Part shown: in pieces, positions 20,299-30,941 of the stretch | Position numbering within the stretch: the first letter of the stretch is position 1 | Layout of the letters: each line of letters opens with the position of its first letter | Virus record (IMG/VR): IMGVR_UViG_3300042975_000096 | Source of the DNA: a virus | Lineage: Duplodnaviria; Caudoviricetes | DNA length: 64,000 nucleotides | Reading direction: 5' to 3' (one strand) | Notes under the pieces: model-generated | Seen by the model: only the letters and a program-made list of their open reading frames with translations | What the model was told of the DNA's origin: nothing | Database searches by the model: none | Translations under genes and position numbers: made by a program

Positions 20299-20601
20299 TC
20301 AACAATGTTTTAACTCGCAAATCAAATTTTCTTTTTTGTCTTCAATTGTATATCGAATATAACTCCATGCCAAATCCAATGGTTTCATTTTTGTTCTAGT
20401 TAAATATGTTTTAGGCTGAAAAATCATTTCAGAATGACCAACAGATTTAATGTTTTCGATACACCGTTTACGAGCAATATTTGTCATTTTCTTTTGACCA
20501 ATAGTAATAGCACAAACTTCATATAATGCAACAAATTCAGAACCAGTCAATGCATCATTTTCATATTTCTCAATCAACGTTGTGTAATCAATGTTTTTCA
20601 T
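20299..20601 (-). CDS. Hypothetical protein (TGxEF family with 52811..53077 and 57297..57548)
   Basis: LTGSEFVAL motif. Confidence 0.75.
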   Translation of the reverse strand: MKNIDYTTLIEKYENDALTGSEFVALYEVCAITIGQKKMTNIARKRCIENIKSVGHSEMIFQPKTYLTRTKMKPLDLAWSYIRYTIEDKKENLICELKHC

Positions 20602-20758
20602 TTTGAAAGCCCCTTTTCTTTATTTCTCTCTCTTAACTCTATAATTATAATATCATATATTTTTCATTGTGTCAATAGTTTTTTAAAAAATAAATATTCT
20701 GAAAACTTTTTCAAATAAAAAAATAATCAATGAGTAATCAACCCATTGACTATTTTAA

Positions 20759-20962
20759 TCAAGCCTGTTCGACAAGGTATACCCCAAATTCATGTGCGTT
20801 TTTACTAAGTGATACATAGTCGTTTTGATTGTGTACCCTAAATCCTTTTTTCTGATAACAGCGTAACATGATATTGCGCTCCATAAGTGCTTTATTAAAA
20901 GTCATTCCTTTTTTCATAATTTTCTTTTCTGTTCCATCTACTACTACAATTCCATACTTCAT
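20759..20962 (-). CDS. Hypothetical protein
   Basis: RBS GGGAG. Confidence 0.7.
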   Translation of the reverse strand: MKYGIVVVDGTEKKIMKKGMTFNKALMERNIMLRCYQKKGFRVHNQNDYVSLSKNAHEFGVYLVEQA

Positions 20963-21115
20963 TTTTTTATCTCCCTGTTGTTTTATTTGATAGTATTAGT
21001 TTACTATACATTTGATTATTTGTCAACAACTTTTTTCGTATAAAATTTTTCAGAATATTATGAAATAATATTACTATAAAAATAAGCAGGTCTATAACAT
21101 AGACCTGCCTGTTAA

Positions 21116-21358
21116 TCAATAGACTTTCTTCAACATATATTCAACATACGGGCCAGTTCCTGCAAAACCTTCTTCTACCGTAATCCAACGATTTAACAAT
21201 CCGTTTTCAATCCGATTAGAAATGATTGCACCATAGCGGAGCCAGCTATCAAGCGCATAAAAGGTTTTATCGTTTTCCTTTTCTTTGCCGATAACCCATT
21301 CTCTCTGAACCTCTTTGGTTGAACCGTCAGCATTTTTTCTCATAACTTTGATATACAT
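21116..21358 (-). CDS. Hypothetical protein
   Basis: Standard unit. Confidence 0.75.
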   Translation of the reverse strand: MYIKVMRKNADGSTKEVQREWVIGKEKENDKTFYALDSWLRYGAIISNRIENGLLNRWITVEEGFAGTGPYVEYMLKKVY

Positions 21359-21506
21359 TTTGAAAACCCCTTTCAATGTGTTTATCTCTCAATCTCTATT
21401 ATTATAATAACACATATATGGGATTTTGTCAACATGTTTTCAAAAATAAATTTTAGCTAAATATTTCAGAATATTATAAAATAACATTACGATGATTTAT
21501 AAATCA

Positions 21507-22085
21507 TTAACGATTGTTTTCTATATCATACATGATATTCCATAAATCCTCTATAGGCATTTTCTTTATGAGTTCTAATGGTATGGTTTTTATCAATTCG
21601 CAACCAAAATAAACAATGGTTTTTTTCCGAATAGACCTAATAGCATATCTACCATTTGCCATAGGATTTTCATTAAAGCCTTTATATATTTCGAGCACAT
21701 TAGTATCTAAGTTGATAATATATGCCCAGTCGCAAGTAAATGAATCATTAATTGCTTTATTGTCATTAAAGAAAAAAGGGAAAAAATCTTTTTCTAAATA
21801 TCTATTTTTACTACACCTATATAAATAATCAAAAATTATTCTTTTCCAACTATAAAACTGCGGAAAATTAAGTCCAGTTATTTTATTGACTAATTTTAAT
21901 TGGTTTATTGTTGGATATTCTTCTGTAACCTCTATAAGATTGTCAAATACCTCATTCATATAACTAATATCATTATGTACAATATATTGACATAACGACA
22001 ATCCTAATTCTTGTGGTGAAGCATATTGATTATAAATCAGTTTATCATAAGCCCTTTTTCTAAAACCCCATGACCCAATTTGCAT
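21507..22085 (-). CDS. Paralog of 10122..10700
   Basis: Shared motifs. Confidence 0.8.
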   Translation of the reverse strand: MQIGSWGFRKRAYDKLIYNQYASPQELGLSLCQYIVHNDISYMNEVFDNLIEVTEEYPTINQLKLVNKITGLNFPQFYSWKRIIFDYLYRCSKNRYLEKDFFPFFFNDNKAINDSFTCDWAYIINLDTNVLEIYKGFNENPMANGRYAIRSIRKKTIVYFGCELIKTIPLELIKKMPIEDLWNIMYDIENNR

Positions 22086-22324
22086 TAAAAAGTACCTGCC
22101 TTAATCAATTCACTTCTTACAACAAAATCCAATTTCTCTACAATTTCGTTAGAATTGGTATCGTCTGGGCAAATTGCTTCAATGGCAATTTCTAATCCAC
22201 TCAAAACTCCCTGTGCATAATTAAGTTTCGTATTATAAAATTCATCTTCTTTTTCAAACTCTATGCGATAAAATTTTTTTAGCTGAATTTTATATTTTTC
22301 TTTCAATAATTCTAAGTTTGTCAT
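22085..22324 (-). CDS. Hypothetical protein
   Basis: Standard unit. Confidence 0.75.
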   Translation of the reverse strand: MTNLELLKEKYKIQLKKFYRIEFEKEDEFYNTKLNYAQGVLSGLEIAIEAICPDDTNSNEIVEKLDFVVRSELIKAGTF

Positions 22325-22486
22325 AATTAACTCATCCTCTCTCTATCTCTTTTTGTTATATTAATAATACCACATTCAGCAAAGAATGTCAACACTTTTT
22401 TATTTTAATTTCTTTTATAATATTCTGAAACATTTATCGTCAATAAAAAAGAAGAAGGTATAATCACCTTCTTCCTCGCTTTTATG

Positions 22487-23128
22487 TTACTTATTCTTTT
22501 CTGCAAGCTGTTTAAGTTCGCTCATTTTTTCCATTCCAAGAGAATGAATAGTTGAATTTACATAGGTTTCAATTTCATTCTTTGCTTCTTTTACCGTCTT
22601 GTCCATTTGCTCATTAAATGATTTGTGAACAAATGGCATATCACTGGATACTTTTTGATTCAGCATAGCGATGTTATGCAAAATTTCTTCTTTTTCTTTT
22701 TTTGTTGGGGCTTTTGCGCGTGACAGGATTTCTTCTGTCCTTTTCGTAAGTTCAAGCATTTGGTTAGATACTTCTTTCATTTCCTGCTTGAAATTTTCTT
22801 CAAACTGAATACGTTTGTTGATAAATGGTGGTTCGCTCATGTGTTTACCGTGAACATATTCAAGCGTAACAGGAACACCTTCACCCATATTCAGATTCGT
22901 GATAAGGTCAGCGAACTGTGCACCTGTCATACGTACTCGTGCAATAGTTTCTTTCCCGCGATACCAATCATGATTCAAATTGTGCCAAACTTCACCTGTT
23001 TTCAATGTCATTTCAATTCCACCATCTGGCTTGATTGAAGAACCAAAAAATGCTCCATTACCACCATCAAACCGATTAAATGACATCATGCCGTATGATT
23101 CATGCTGTTCAAGCTCTTTGTTATCCAT
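22487..23128 (-). CDS. Hypothetical phage protein
   Basis: 213 aa, standard unit. Confidence 0.85.
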   Translation of the reverse strand: MDNKELEQHESYGMMSFNRFDGGNGAFFGSSIKPDGGIEMTLKTGEVWHNLNHDWYRGKETIARVRMTGAQFADLITNLNMGEGVPVTLEYVHGKHMSEPPFINKRIQFEENFKQEMKEVSNQMLELTKRTEEILSRAKAPTKKEKEEILHNIAMLNQKVSSDMPFVHKSFNEQMDKTVKEAKNEIETYVNSTIHSLGMEKMSELKQLAEKNK

Positions 23129-23207
23129 GTTTATTACCTCTTTCTTTTAACTCTCTCTTAACTCTGTTTATATAATATCACATATAATTAAACTTGTCAA
23201 TATGTTT

Positions 23208-23468
23208 TTAAAAATTACCAATGCATTTATAATATAAATTTTTATCTCCTAATGAAACCACCAGTTCATAATATTTATGATTAAACGCAATAAATTTAAT
23301 TTGTTCATAATTAATTTTAATATTTTTATCTTGTGATTTATATGCAATTAAAGTCATATAAGGATAATTCGCTTCTACTCGATTAAAAACATTACCTTCA
23401 TTATCAAATATTTTGTTTGGAATACCCTCACCATAATCAACAACATCTTGTACTTTCATAACATTCAC
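23208..23468 (-). CDS. Hypothetical protein
   Basis: ORF with GGGGTG RBS. Confidence 0.6.
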   Translation of the reverse strand: MNVMKVQDVVDYGEGIPNKIFDNEGNVFNRVEANYPYMTLIAYKSQDKNIKINYEQIKFIAFNHKYYELVVSLGDKNLYYKCIGNF

Positions 23469-23570
23469 CCCACTACATTATTGTATGCTAAATGCTGTTT
23501 TTGTTTTATATTATTCTGAAAACATTTAGGTGGATAAAAATAAGGTGGATATTTCTATCCACCTTATTCC

Positions 23571-24287
23571 TTAAAAATTCTTCACAAACTTGTACAGGCT
23601 GAACAATTCAGCCCTAAACTGTTCGTCTTTGGTATAATCTTTTCCCTCACGTTTATCATATTCCATAGCACTAACTACAGGCTGTACATACTGTGGGAGA
23701 AGCTGGCTGAATGAGAAAACACTATCGCACATGTGTTCACGCGAAATTTTATTCATAAATTCCTTAGAAGGACTAAGTATATTCATGCCAATTTCCATAT
23801 ATGCACGACGTACTTTTTCCATAATGCTTTCAAAAGAATACTCATTAAGGGCTTTGTTCTTTTTGTATTTATTCAAACGCTTGTAAAGTGCACTTTTTGG
23901 AGAATCATCTTTCCAATATATGCCCGTTTTCTTATATGCGTTTTCACGACCGTTAATGTAGATTTTCCAAAGGTTCTGCATTTCTACCTCATATACCTTT
24001 GAACACTCAAACAGCACGTTCTCCCAACCTCTTTCGCCACCACAATTCCGAATCACTTTTTTATCCTTGGTAATTTTCAACAGTGAACCGTATTTAGACA
24101 CAAAGAAGAAATACGTCTGTTTTTTTGGTTTGTATCCCTGCAATTCAGCAGGATTGTAAGCCTTGACTGTTACATTCGACAGACGAATACCGGTTTCGTG
24201 TGCAATGCTTCTTGCAGAATCAAAGAAACCGTGACCTTTTTTGCAACCAATCAGTTTTGCTAAATTCGCGTTTTCAATAATTTCCAT
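23571..24287 (-). CDS. Hypothetical protein
   Basis: 238 aa, standard unit. Confidence 0.85.
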   Translation of the reverse strand: MEIIENANLAKLIGCKKGHGFFDSARSIAHETGIRLSNVTVKAYNPAELQGYKPKKQTYFFFVSKYGSLLKITKDKKVIRNCGGERGWENVLFECSKVYEVEMQNLWKIYINGRENAYKKTGIYWKDDSPKSALYKRLNKYKKNKALNEYSFESIMEKVRRAYMEIGMNILSPSKEFMNKISREHMCDSVFSFSQLLPQYVQPVVSAMEYDKREGKDYTKDEQFRAELFSLYKFVKNF

Positions 24288-24466
24288 TTTAATTACCTCT
24301 TTCCTTTTTTGTTTAACTCTCTCTTAACTCTGTTTATATAATATCATAGATTTATAAAAATGTCAACGATTTTTTAAAAAATATTAACATTTTTATTGTG
24401 AATCCATCATGACTTATCTATTTCTAAATATTCTGAAATTTAATTCCATTAAATCAAAAAGCACGA

Positions 24467-24628
24467 CTAGAAGTTAACCACCTTCTTATCGCGCTTTCTG
24501 TTGTATACTTTTTTGGACTGTACGACCGAACCATAGGCTTTCACCTGCCCCCACGTGCCACGCTTTTCAGCGTTAGCACGTTTCTGCTCTTTCTTTGACC
24601 GCTTATTAAATTCTACAAATTTCTTCAA
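24467..24628 (-). CDS. 53-aa basic protein (KKFVEFNKRSKKEQKRANAEKRGTWG...YNRKR)
   Basis: TTG start after GAGGG; ends in TAG. Confidence 0.65.
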   Translation of the reverse strand: MKKFVEFNKRSKKEQKRANAEKRGTWGQVKAYGSVVQSKKVYNRKRDKKVVNF

Positions 24629-24631
24629 GTA

Positions 24632-24913
24632 TTATCCCTCCGCATTTATCCAATAATTAATATTAATGATTTCGCCCGGTTCAACTTCTCTTTGCAAAAG
24701 CTGTGGATTAAGTTCTTTGATTCCTTCTTTGAACTCTTTAATCTCTCTAACCCCATAAGTGTTTTTAATGATATGATTGTTTGCAATGCTGTCAAGTGTA
24801 TCACCCTGCACCACCATATAATGTTCTTGAACCATAGTATAAGGTTTTGGACTTGCAAAACCAACCGTAGAGAATCCAACCAACATAATCATTACAACAA
24901 TCAACTTTTTCAT
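24632..24913 (-). CDS. Secreted LysM-like domain protein
   Basis: Signal peptide; Y.V.QGDTL.SIA...ELNP...EPGE.I.I. Confidence 0.75.
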   Translation of the reverse strand: MKKLIVVMIMLVGFSTVGFASPKPYTMVQEHYMVVQGDTLDSIANNHIIKNTYGVREIKEFKEGIKELNPQLLQREVEPGEIININYWINAEG

Positions 24914-24915
24914 TT

Positions 24916-25128
24916 TTAACACTCCTTTTTTATTTCCTTGTATTTTAAGGAAACATCGCTTTCATTGCACTTATAGTATACTTGAATTGAACCAAATTTT
25001 ATTAACTCTCTTAAAAAACAAACTGCTTCTTTTTCTGATTTTGCACCAACTCTATATCTACCTGCCGTATCATGCTTATATGGATTATGATTATCAACAA
25101 GCAATATATAATTATTAATTGGTTTCAC
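24916..25128 (-). CDS. Hypothetical protein
   Basis: Promoter and RBS. Confidence 0.65.
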   Translation of the reverse strand: MKPINNYILLVDNHNPYKHDTAGRYRVGAKSEKEAVCFLRELIKFGSIQVYYKCNESDVSLKYKEIKKEC

Positions 25129-25229
25129 TCTTTGTTCCTCTCTACTCTTTTATAATAACACATAATAATATTATTGTCAACACTTTTTTACAAATATCAA
25201 TAACAATATACTTTCAGACTATTTTAAAA

Positions 25230-25526
25230 TTATTTAACTCTTTCATGATAATTTAAAACCGCTTTTATTTTCCCCTCCGAACGATATCGGCAATATGCAG
25301 AAAACTTCCTGCTGGTTTGTTTATCAAATTCATTAATTTGTTTTACCGCTTCTGCTCTTGAATCCATCACCCCAAAAAAAGCACTCTTTAATGGTGTGAT
25401 TGGATTAATTTTTTTATCATGTTTTTTGTGAATATCTAGTTTAATACATTCATGTAAATAATCTCTAGTTTCATTATTCAACAATTTAAAATTATGTACA
25501 TCAATTAATCCAAACACCATTCCCAT
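25230..25526 (-). CDS. Hypothetical protein
   Basis: Translationally coupled to the CCA gene. Confidence 0.65.
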   Translation of the reverse strand: MGMVFGLIDVHNFKLLNNETRDYLHECIKLDIHKKHDKKINPITPLKSAFFGVMDSRAEAVKQINEFDKQTSRKFSAYCRYRSEGKIKAVLNYHERVK

Positions 25527-26755
25527 TATTTACAATCCCCATTTCCAATTTTCATTTCAAGCACTTTATTTTGTAATGCTTTAATTTTTAAATTACGAAC
25601 AAACGCTTTAATATCACTTGTTTTTTTCATGTGTGATGGAATTGAAATGTTAACCGAATTAACTAATTTGAAAATCGGTTCTTCCAAAAACCATGCAACA
25701 TTATTTGAATCAGCATTCACAATTTGTCTAAATCCTTCTCTATCAATGTTTTTATGTTTCATTTCAGTCAACATATCCACAATTTTACCAAGGTTCTTCA
25801 TGTTAATCACTCGCATGTGATAATTTGAAGTAAATTTTGCCATTGTTTTCCATTTATTCAAATACGTCTGTGGTAATGATTCAATCAAATCAACTCCTAC
25901 AACGTCATGTCCTCTATATGGTGCTTCAAGCGCACCCTTGCCAATATCATGTGTTAATGCAGAAAACCTCACACAAACGTCATTATTGACCTGCGAAACC
26001 TTATCCAAAATCAACATGGTATGTTCAAATGCATCACCTTCAGGATGCCATTTCCTTGACTGCTCTTTGCCAATCAAATTAAATACAAATGGAAATGTAA
26101 CATCTAATAAATCCGCTTCTTTCAAAATTCTAAAAAAAGTTGAAGGTTTATCTGTACTTAAAGCCTTTATTAATTCCGTAACAAAACGCTCATTAGATTC
26201 CTTTGCCAATTCTTCTTTGCATAATTTCATTTGTTCCATTGTACTTGAATCGACCGAAAATCCAAATTGTGTAGCCTGTCTTGCAACCCTCAACGCTCTT
26301 ACAGGGTCTTCGCTGAAATGATAGGATACATGCCTAATCACCTTGCGTTTAATATCCTCCATACCATTAAACAAGTCCACAATTTCGCCTGTGAGAACGT
26401 TTTTAGCCATTGCATTAATAGTTGTGTCACGTCTGATTAAATCATCCTGCAAGGTAATAGAAGGGTCAAAAAAAATCTTAAACCCTGTGTAGCCAAATCC
26501 TGTTTTGCGTTCTTTTCTTGCGAATGCAACTTCCATTTCTTCGCCGTCAAATTCCATTCTATATACAGGAAAAGAATTTCCCATATATGTTGCATTAGGA
26601 AACCGTTTATTAAAATCAGATTCTTTAACTCCACAAATCATTAAATCATAATCATGTGGAATTCTTTTCATGATTTCATCCCTAACACATCCACCAACAA
26701 AATATGCAGTTCCATGCAATTCTTTAATTATATTTGCAAACTCAATAACATTCAT
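25526..26755 (-). CDS. cca: Class II tRNA nucleotidyltransferase (CCA-adding) with HD domain
   Basis: VGGCVRD, DYD, DLIRRDTTINAMA, EDPVRALR, HPEGD.FEHT, HDIGK. Confidence 0.93.
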   Translation of the reverse strand: MNVIEFANIIKELHGTAYFVGGCVRDEIMKRIPHDYDLMICGVKESDFNKRFPNATYMGNSFPVYRMEFDGEEMEVAFARKERKTGFGYTGFKIFFDPSITLQDDLIRRDTTINAMAKNVLTGEIVDLFNGMEDIKRKVIRHVSYHFSEDPVRALRVARQATQFGFSVDSSTMEQMKLCKEELAKESNERFVTELIKALSTDKPSTFFRILKEADLLDVTFPFVFNLIGKEQSRKWHPEGDAFEHTMLILDKVSQVNNDVCVRFSALTHDIGKGALEAPYRGHDVVGVDLIESLPQTYLNKWKTMAKFTSNYHMRVINMKNLGKIVDMLTEMKHKNIDREGFRQIVNADSNNVAWFLEEPIFKLVNSVNISIPSHMKKTSDIKAFVRNLKIKALQNKVLEMKIGNGDCK

Positions 26756-26893
26756 TTCTCTCACCTCTATTATAAATAATATCATATTTACATTGTTTTG
26801 TCAATGTATTTTTAATAGCACCGTTAAATTTCAGAATATTTAGAAACAAAATCATCGATAAAAAAATAAGAGGGAAATATCCCCCTTACTTTT

Positions 26894-27461
26894 TTATTCA
26901 ACGCTGAATTTAGCTTGATGTGCATTTTCTGGAACAAAAATCACACACTCTTTCCATTGGTCTAAAAACTCATCCTCTAAAAATTTATAGTTTGCTTTTT
27001 TGATTGTTTGCATAACTACAATATTAACATGTGGTGTAACTGTATTATCAAATCTAATGAATGTTTTATTTGCATTATACGACTTTCTAATATATGATTC
27101 TTTACCATCTTTGATATGCTTTTCAAACACAACATATTCTGAAACCTTATTCGCACTTCCAGATATATAGCCAATAAAAAAATCATTAGAACCATTCATT
27201 TTCATTTGATAGTTGGAATCATTTTTAATGCTGATAATATCATAATCGGTTTCACTTAAAACAACATTTTCTTGTTCACTCCAACCATATTTATTACACA
27301 TTAATCCACTAAAAACCAATAACAAAAAAAATGGCAATACCTGTTTTAGCATAACGCGAATATGAACTACTCAGCCATACTGGGTAAAAACAAAACAATA
27401 AACAGAACGCAATAAGACACATTATTGTTAATATCCAAATATCACTTGAACTAAAAACCAT
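26894..27461 (-). pseudogene. Membrane protein with a +1 frameshift in a T8 run (27324-27331)
   Basis: ATG at 27461 after RBS GAGGT; T7 would join MVFSSS...TGIAIF to LLLVFSGLMC... Confidence 0.65.
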
Positions 27462-27464
27462 AGT

Positions 27465-27701
27465 TTACCTCTCATTCATATCTGGACAAAATTCATCTTC
27501 GTCCTCATCATTTCCGAACATTTTTTCCCAACACTCACCACAAGTATGAGATATAAAAAGTTCTCGTTCTTCGGCAGACAAATTCGGAAACACGTTCTGA
27601 ATCAGTTCCCCTTCTTTCCAACGTTCAATGTCTTTAGGGTTAAGGTTGAACTTGAATTCCTTACCACAATCTCTACATTTTACTATATAAATCATTTTCA
27701 T
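27465..27701 (-). CDS. Zn-ribbon hypothetical protein
   Basis: CRDCG...IQNVFP.LSAEERE...CGECW. Confidence 0.8.
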   Translation of the reverse strand: MKMIYIVKCRDCGKEFKFNLNPKDIERWKEGELIQNVFPNLSAEERELFISHTCGECWEKMFGNDEDEDEFCPDMNER

Positions 27702-27710
27702 TTCCCCTTA

Positions 27711-27911
27711 TTAATTCTGCTTATTGAAAAGCTCAATAAATTCTTCGTCATCACTTGTCATTTCAAAACTTCCGTCTACATAATATGAATCGTTTGGAAG
27801 CTTGAAATTATCCGAATTCAAACGGAATTTTTTCATTGCTTCTTTTACAGAATCAGCTTCAATCGTAACAACCCCAGCCATTTCATAAGTTACAGGAATA
27901 TTAATTTTCAT
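27711..27911 (-). CDS. Hypothetical protein
   Basis: Standard unit. Confidence 0.75.
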   Translation of the reverse strand: MKINIPVTYEMAGVVTIEADSVKEAMKKFRLNSDNFKLPNDSYYVDGSFEMTSDDEEFIELFNKQN

Positions 27912-28082
27912 TTCAATTACCTCTTTCTTTTGTTTAACTCTTTCTTAACTCTGTACACATCATATCATGATTCTTGTTATTTGTCAACATGTTTTTTATA
28001 AAATTTATACCCTGTATTTTATAATATTCTGAAAACTTTTTCACGCCTAAAAAATGGAGGGGATTTAATCCCCTCCACTATA

Positions 28083-28514
28083 TTAATTGTGCACTGTATA
28101 GGTCACTGACTGCTTCATATTTTCGTCCAAATCAACCGTAATATCTTTTCTCAAACAATCAAGAAAAACCTGTGATACATATTCAATAAATTCTCGATTA
28201 TAATATTTTCTTACTACGTCGTGACCAATAACCTTTACTTTAAGTTCTCTATACAAACATGGCTTTACAATAACAGTAAAATCACTCCATCCTGCATAAT
28301 ATCCGTTTTCGTCAAGATGGTGATATGAACTATTGATAACAAGCTTTTCACCACTTGATTTTTCTTCTACAATTTTACACCCATTATCAAACCCAGAGCC
28401 ACTTGGAAGAATATCCTCAACGTTCTCCAAACGTGTGTCCACATTAACCAAATATTCATTAGTAACAGTTTTTTTCCACTCACACAATTTAGCGATTTCA
28501 TAATACAGTTTCAT
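28083..28514 (-). CDS. Hypothetical protein, paralog of 42216..42605
   Basis: LPSGSGFD...SSYHH.DENG...F.VIV.P.L. Confidence 0.8.
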   Translation of the reverse strand: MKLYYEIAKLCEWKKTVTNEYLVNVDTRLENVEDILPSGSGFDNGCKIVEEKSSGEKLVINSSYHHLDENGYYAGWSDFTVIVKPCLYRELKVKVIGHDVVRKYYNREFIEYVSQVFLDCLRKDITVDLDENMKQSVTYTVHN

Positions 28515-28639
28515 TTTTAATTCCCTCTTTCATTTAACTTGTTGTTCTCTCAATCTCTATTATTATAATACCACACTCTTATAAATTTGTCAATAAGTTT
28601 TTTATTTTTTTTGATTGAAGTAATTCCTAAATATTCCAT

Positions 28640-28912
28640 TTATTTGATTTTAATAATTTCATAGCAACAATGGTTAAAGTAGTTAATTCCCGAATAGCCA
28701 ATGCCTTTATTATCATTAACCATAATACAAGTATCCTCACCATAATTGTAATGGAACTTAAATTTAGTGGCGTTGATTTTCCCTCCCCAAGTAAAACCCT
28801 GTTCTTCCAAATACAACATAATAGCATTGCAAATACTCTCTTTTGGAGCATGAATAACTGCTTTATGAGAAGCACAATAATCCACAGCATTTTTGATATT
28901 CATAATTTTCAT
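28640..28912 (-). CDS. Hypothetical protein
   Basis: Standard unit. Confidence 0.7.
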   Translation of the reverse strand: MKIMNIKNAVDYCASHKAVIHAPKESICNAIMLYLEEQGFTWGGKINATKFKFHYNYGEDTCIMVNDNKGIGYSGINYFNHCCYEIIKIK

Positions 28913-29069
28913 TTTTAATTCCCTCTCTCGTTCAACTCATTCTTAACTCTATATATAGAATATCACATTTATTTGTATTTGTCAATAAGTTTTTTACATA
29001 CTTATTTTGAAATATTCTGAATTATTATAATAAGATAAATTAAAAGGAGGGGACGTTCCCTCCTTTTAA

Positions 29070-29651
29070 TCAAATAAACTCTTTTCGTGCTTCTCCCCAG
29101 CCTTGATTAGGGTCTTGTGGCGATGGTGTATAATTATTCTTTTCTTCTTCACTTAATGAATCATAACATTTCTTATGCCAAACTGCAATCCCAGAAGCAG
29201 GTTTGGCAACTGCAAGCGGATAGTTTTTAAACAACTCATAACAATATTTGTAGAACTTATCTTTATCATTTTCCCAAAAATCAACCAGCTTTTTATCATA
29301 CTCAGTTTTAACAGCAATAAAACCATGTGACATATCCATGATTTCAAATTGTTTATCGAGTCTATATATCGAAAACGCCATTCGTTTTCCATTAACAATT
29401 CTATCCGGCAAAACCTTCTGTGAATCATCCATATTAAATTCACTCTCGCAAAGTTGTTCATGGCAATTAATCCCTTCTTCACCACGAAACCTATTGTCAT
29501 TTCCTTCTTCTTCTGTTACTCGCCCATAGCCGTCATAATGCCCAACTACTTTTCCTAATGTTTTGCCGTGACGAATATGTTTCATAACGCATAATTCACC
29601 ATCATTGATTGGCGTTCCACAACACTTACATATATAGCTAAAATCTCCCAT
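29070..29651 (-). CDS. Hypothetical protein (CxCC, G.YDGYGRV, DPNQGW)
   Basis: RBS AAGGAG. Confidence 0.8.
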   Translation of the reverse strand: MGDFSYICKCCGTPINDGELCVMKHIRHGKTLGKVVGHYDGYGRVTEEEGNDNRFRGEEGINCHEQLCESEFNMDDSQKVLPDRIVNGKRMAFSIYRLDKQFEIMDMSHGFIAVKTEYDKKLVDFWENDKDKFYKYCYELFKNYPLAVAKPASGIAVWHKKCYDSLSEEEKNNYTPSPQDPNQGWGEARKEFI

Positions 29652-29663
29652 GATAAACACTCC

Positions 29664-29969
29664 TTATTCTACTGTTGCATTCGGAATAAATTTACTTCTC
29701 AAATTTGCAGGAATCTGTTTCAAATCCGCATTAAACCATAATCCCGTATGGATAATTTCTCCATTGCTTTTTGTAACCTTGAACTTGCGATTTTCAAAAC
29801 CACCATTTTCAAAATCCATCGTATAAACCCTGTTTTCAGTTACAATCACATTTTTATCCTTCAGCAAATCCAAGTAAAATTTTTGACTAAAGCATTCCGA
29901 ACCACAAACATGACAAGAAGCATAACAATCATGCTCATACTCTTTTCCGCAAACCTCACATTTTTTCAT
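29664..29969 (-). CDS. Cys-rich hypothetical protein
   Basis: Standard unit. Confidence 0.75.
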   Translation of the reverse strand: MKKCEVCGKEYEHDCYASCHVCGSECFSQKFYLDLLKDKNVIVTENRVYTMDFENGGFENRKFKVTKSNGEIIHTGLWFNADLKQIPANLRSKFIPNATVE

Positions 29970-30090
29970 TGCAATTACCTCTTTCCTTTCAATCTCTATT
30001 ATTATAATAACATATTACAATTTATTTGTCAACAATTTTTTAACAATGTTTTTTAATAATATTTTTTTATAATAATCTGAAAAAGAGAAA

Positions 30091-30612
30091 CTACAAACCG
30101 AATAGTTTTCTGTATGGTGTTCTAGTCCAATCTTCAGTATAAATATTAGCTAACCAATATCGAACAACAAACATTATCAAATAATTTAATTCATCTAATG
30201 AAAAATTTTTCTTTCCATCTCTCATAAAATTTTTCAATAAAAGCTCTACATTTATCTTAGTTGTATTAATAAACTCGTATGTCCATAATCGTTTTGTTCT
30301 TCGCTCTCGACCAATAGGTAATCTAATAATACGCAAATTTATTGTTTTTGTTATTACTTCATTCATTCCAAAATTAGTGTTTTTTCTTGTGATTATATTA
30401 TTATTCTGAAATGAAATTCTAAAACAATATATTGTTTTATCGGTAACATATCTAAAAGTATTAACACATTTAGCAACGGCAATTTTAGGCTGAATAGCAA
30501 CCATTCCATTACTATGTGTCATTTTTTCGGGAATTATTTCTTGCGAATATCTTGTTTTCCTATGCTTTATCGCTGAATCAATTTTATCATAATCAACTGT
30601 TACTCCATACAT
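30091..30612 (-). CDS. Hypothetical protein
   Basis: Operon context. Confidence 0.7.
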   Translation of the reverse strand: MYGVTVDYDKIDSAIKHRKTRYSQEIIPEKMTHSNGMVAIQPKIAVAKCVNTFRYVTDKTIYCFRISFQNNNIITRKNTNFGMNEVITKTINLRIIRLPIGRERRTKRLWTYEFINTTKINVELLLKNFMRDGKKNFSLDELNYLIMFVVRYWLANIYTEDWTRTPYRKLFGL

Positions 30613-30935
30613 GCGTTAGTTCCTTTCCATTTTTCCAACCATACACTTTCAGAACCACCAAACAGGCACGTATGGTCTTTATCAAATCTTATGTACATTG
30701 CACCATCAATAAAATTTGGATTCAATTTAATTGTCGTTGGATAATTAGACTTGTTATTATAATAATCTTTTTCCGTTTCAATCTCCATATAAACAAGATA
30801 TGCTTTTTCAATCTTGCATCCCATAATATTGCGAACCATTTGTGTAATATCCGTACCTAATATAAAGTTGTAACCGGATTTAACATCAAAATTTTTATAC
30901 AACCTTAATTTCTTTTCAACAAGATTTTTATTCAT
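30600..30935 (-). CDS. Hypothetical protein
   Basis: Operon context. Confidence 0.7.
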   Translation of the reverse strand: MNKNLVEKKLRLYKNFDVKSGYNFILGTDITQMVRNIMGCKIEKAYLVYMEIETEKDYYNNKSNYPTTIKLNPNFIDGAMYIRFDKDHTCLFGGSESVWLEKWKGTNACME

Positions 30936-30941
30936 TTATAT

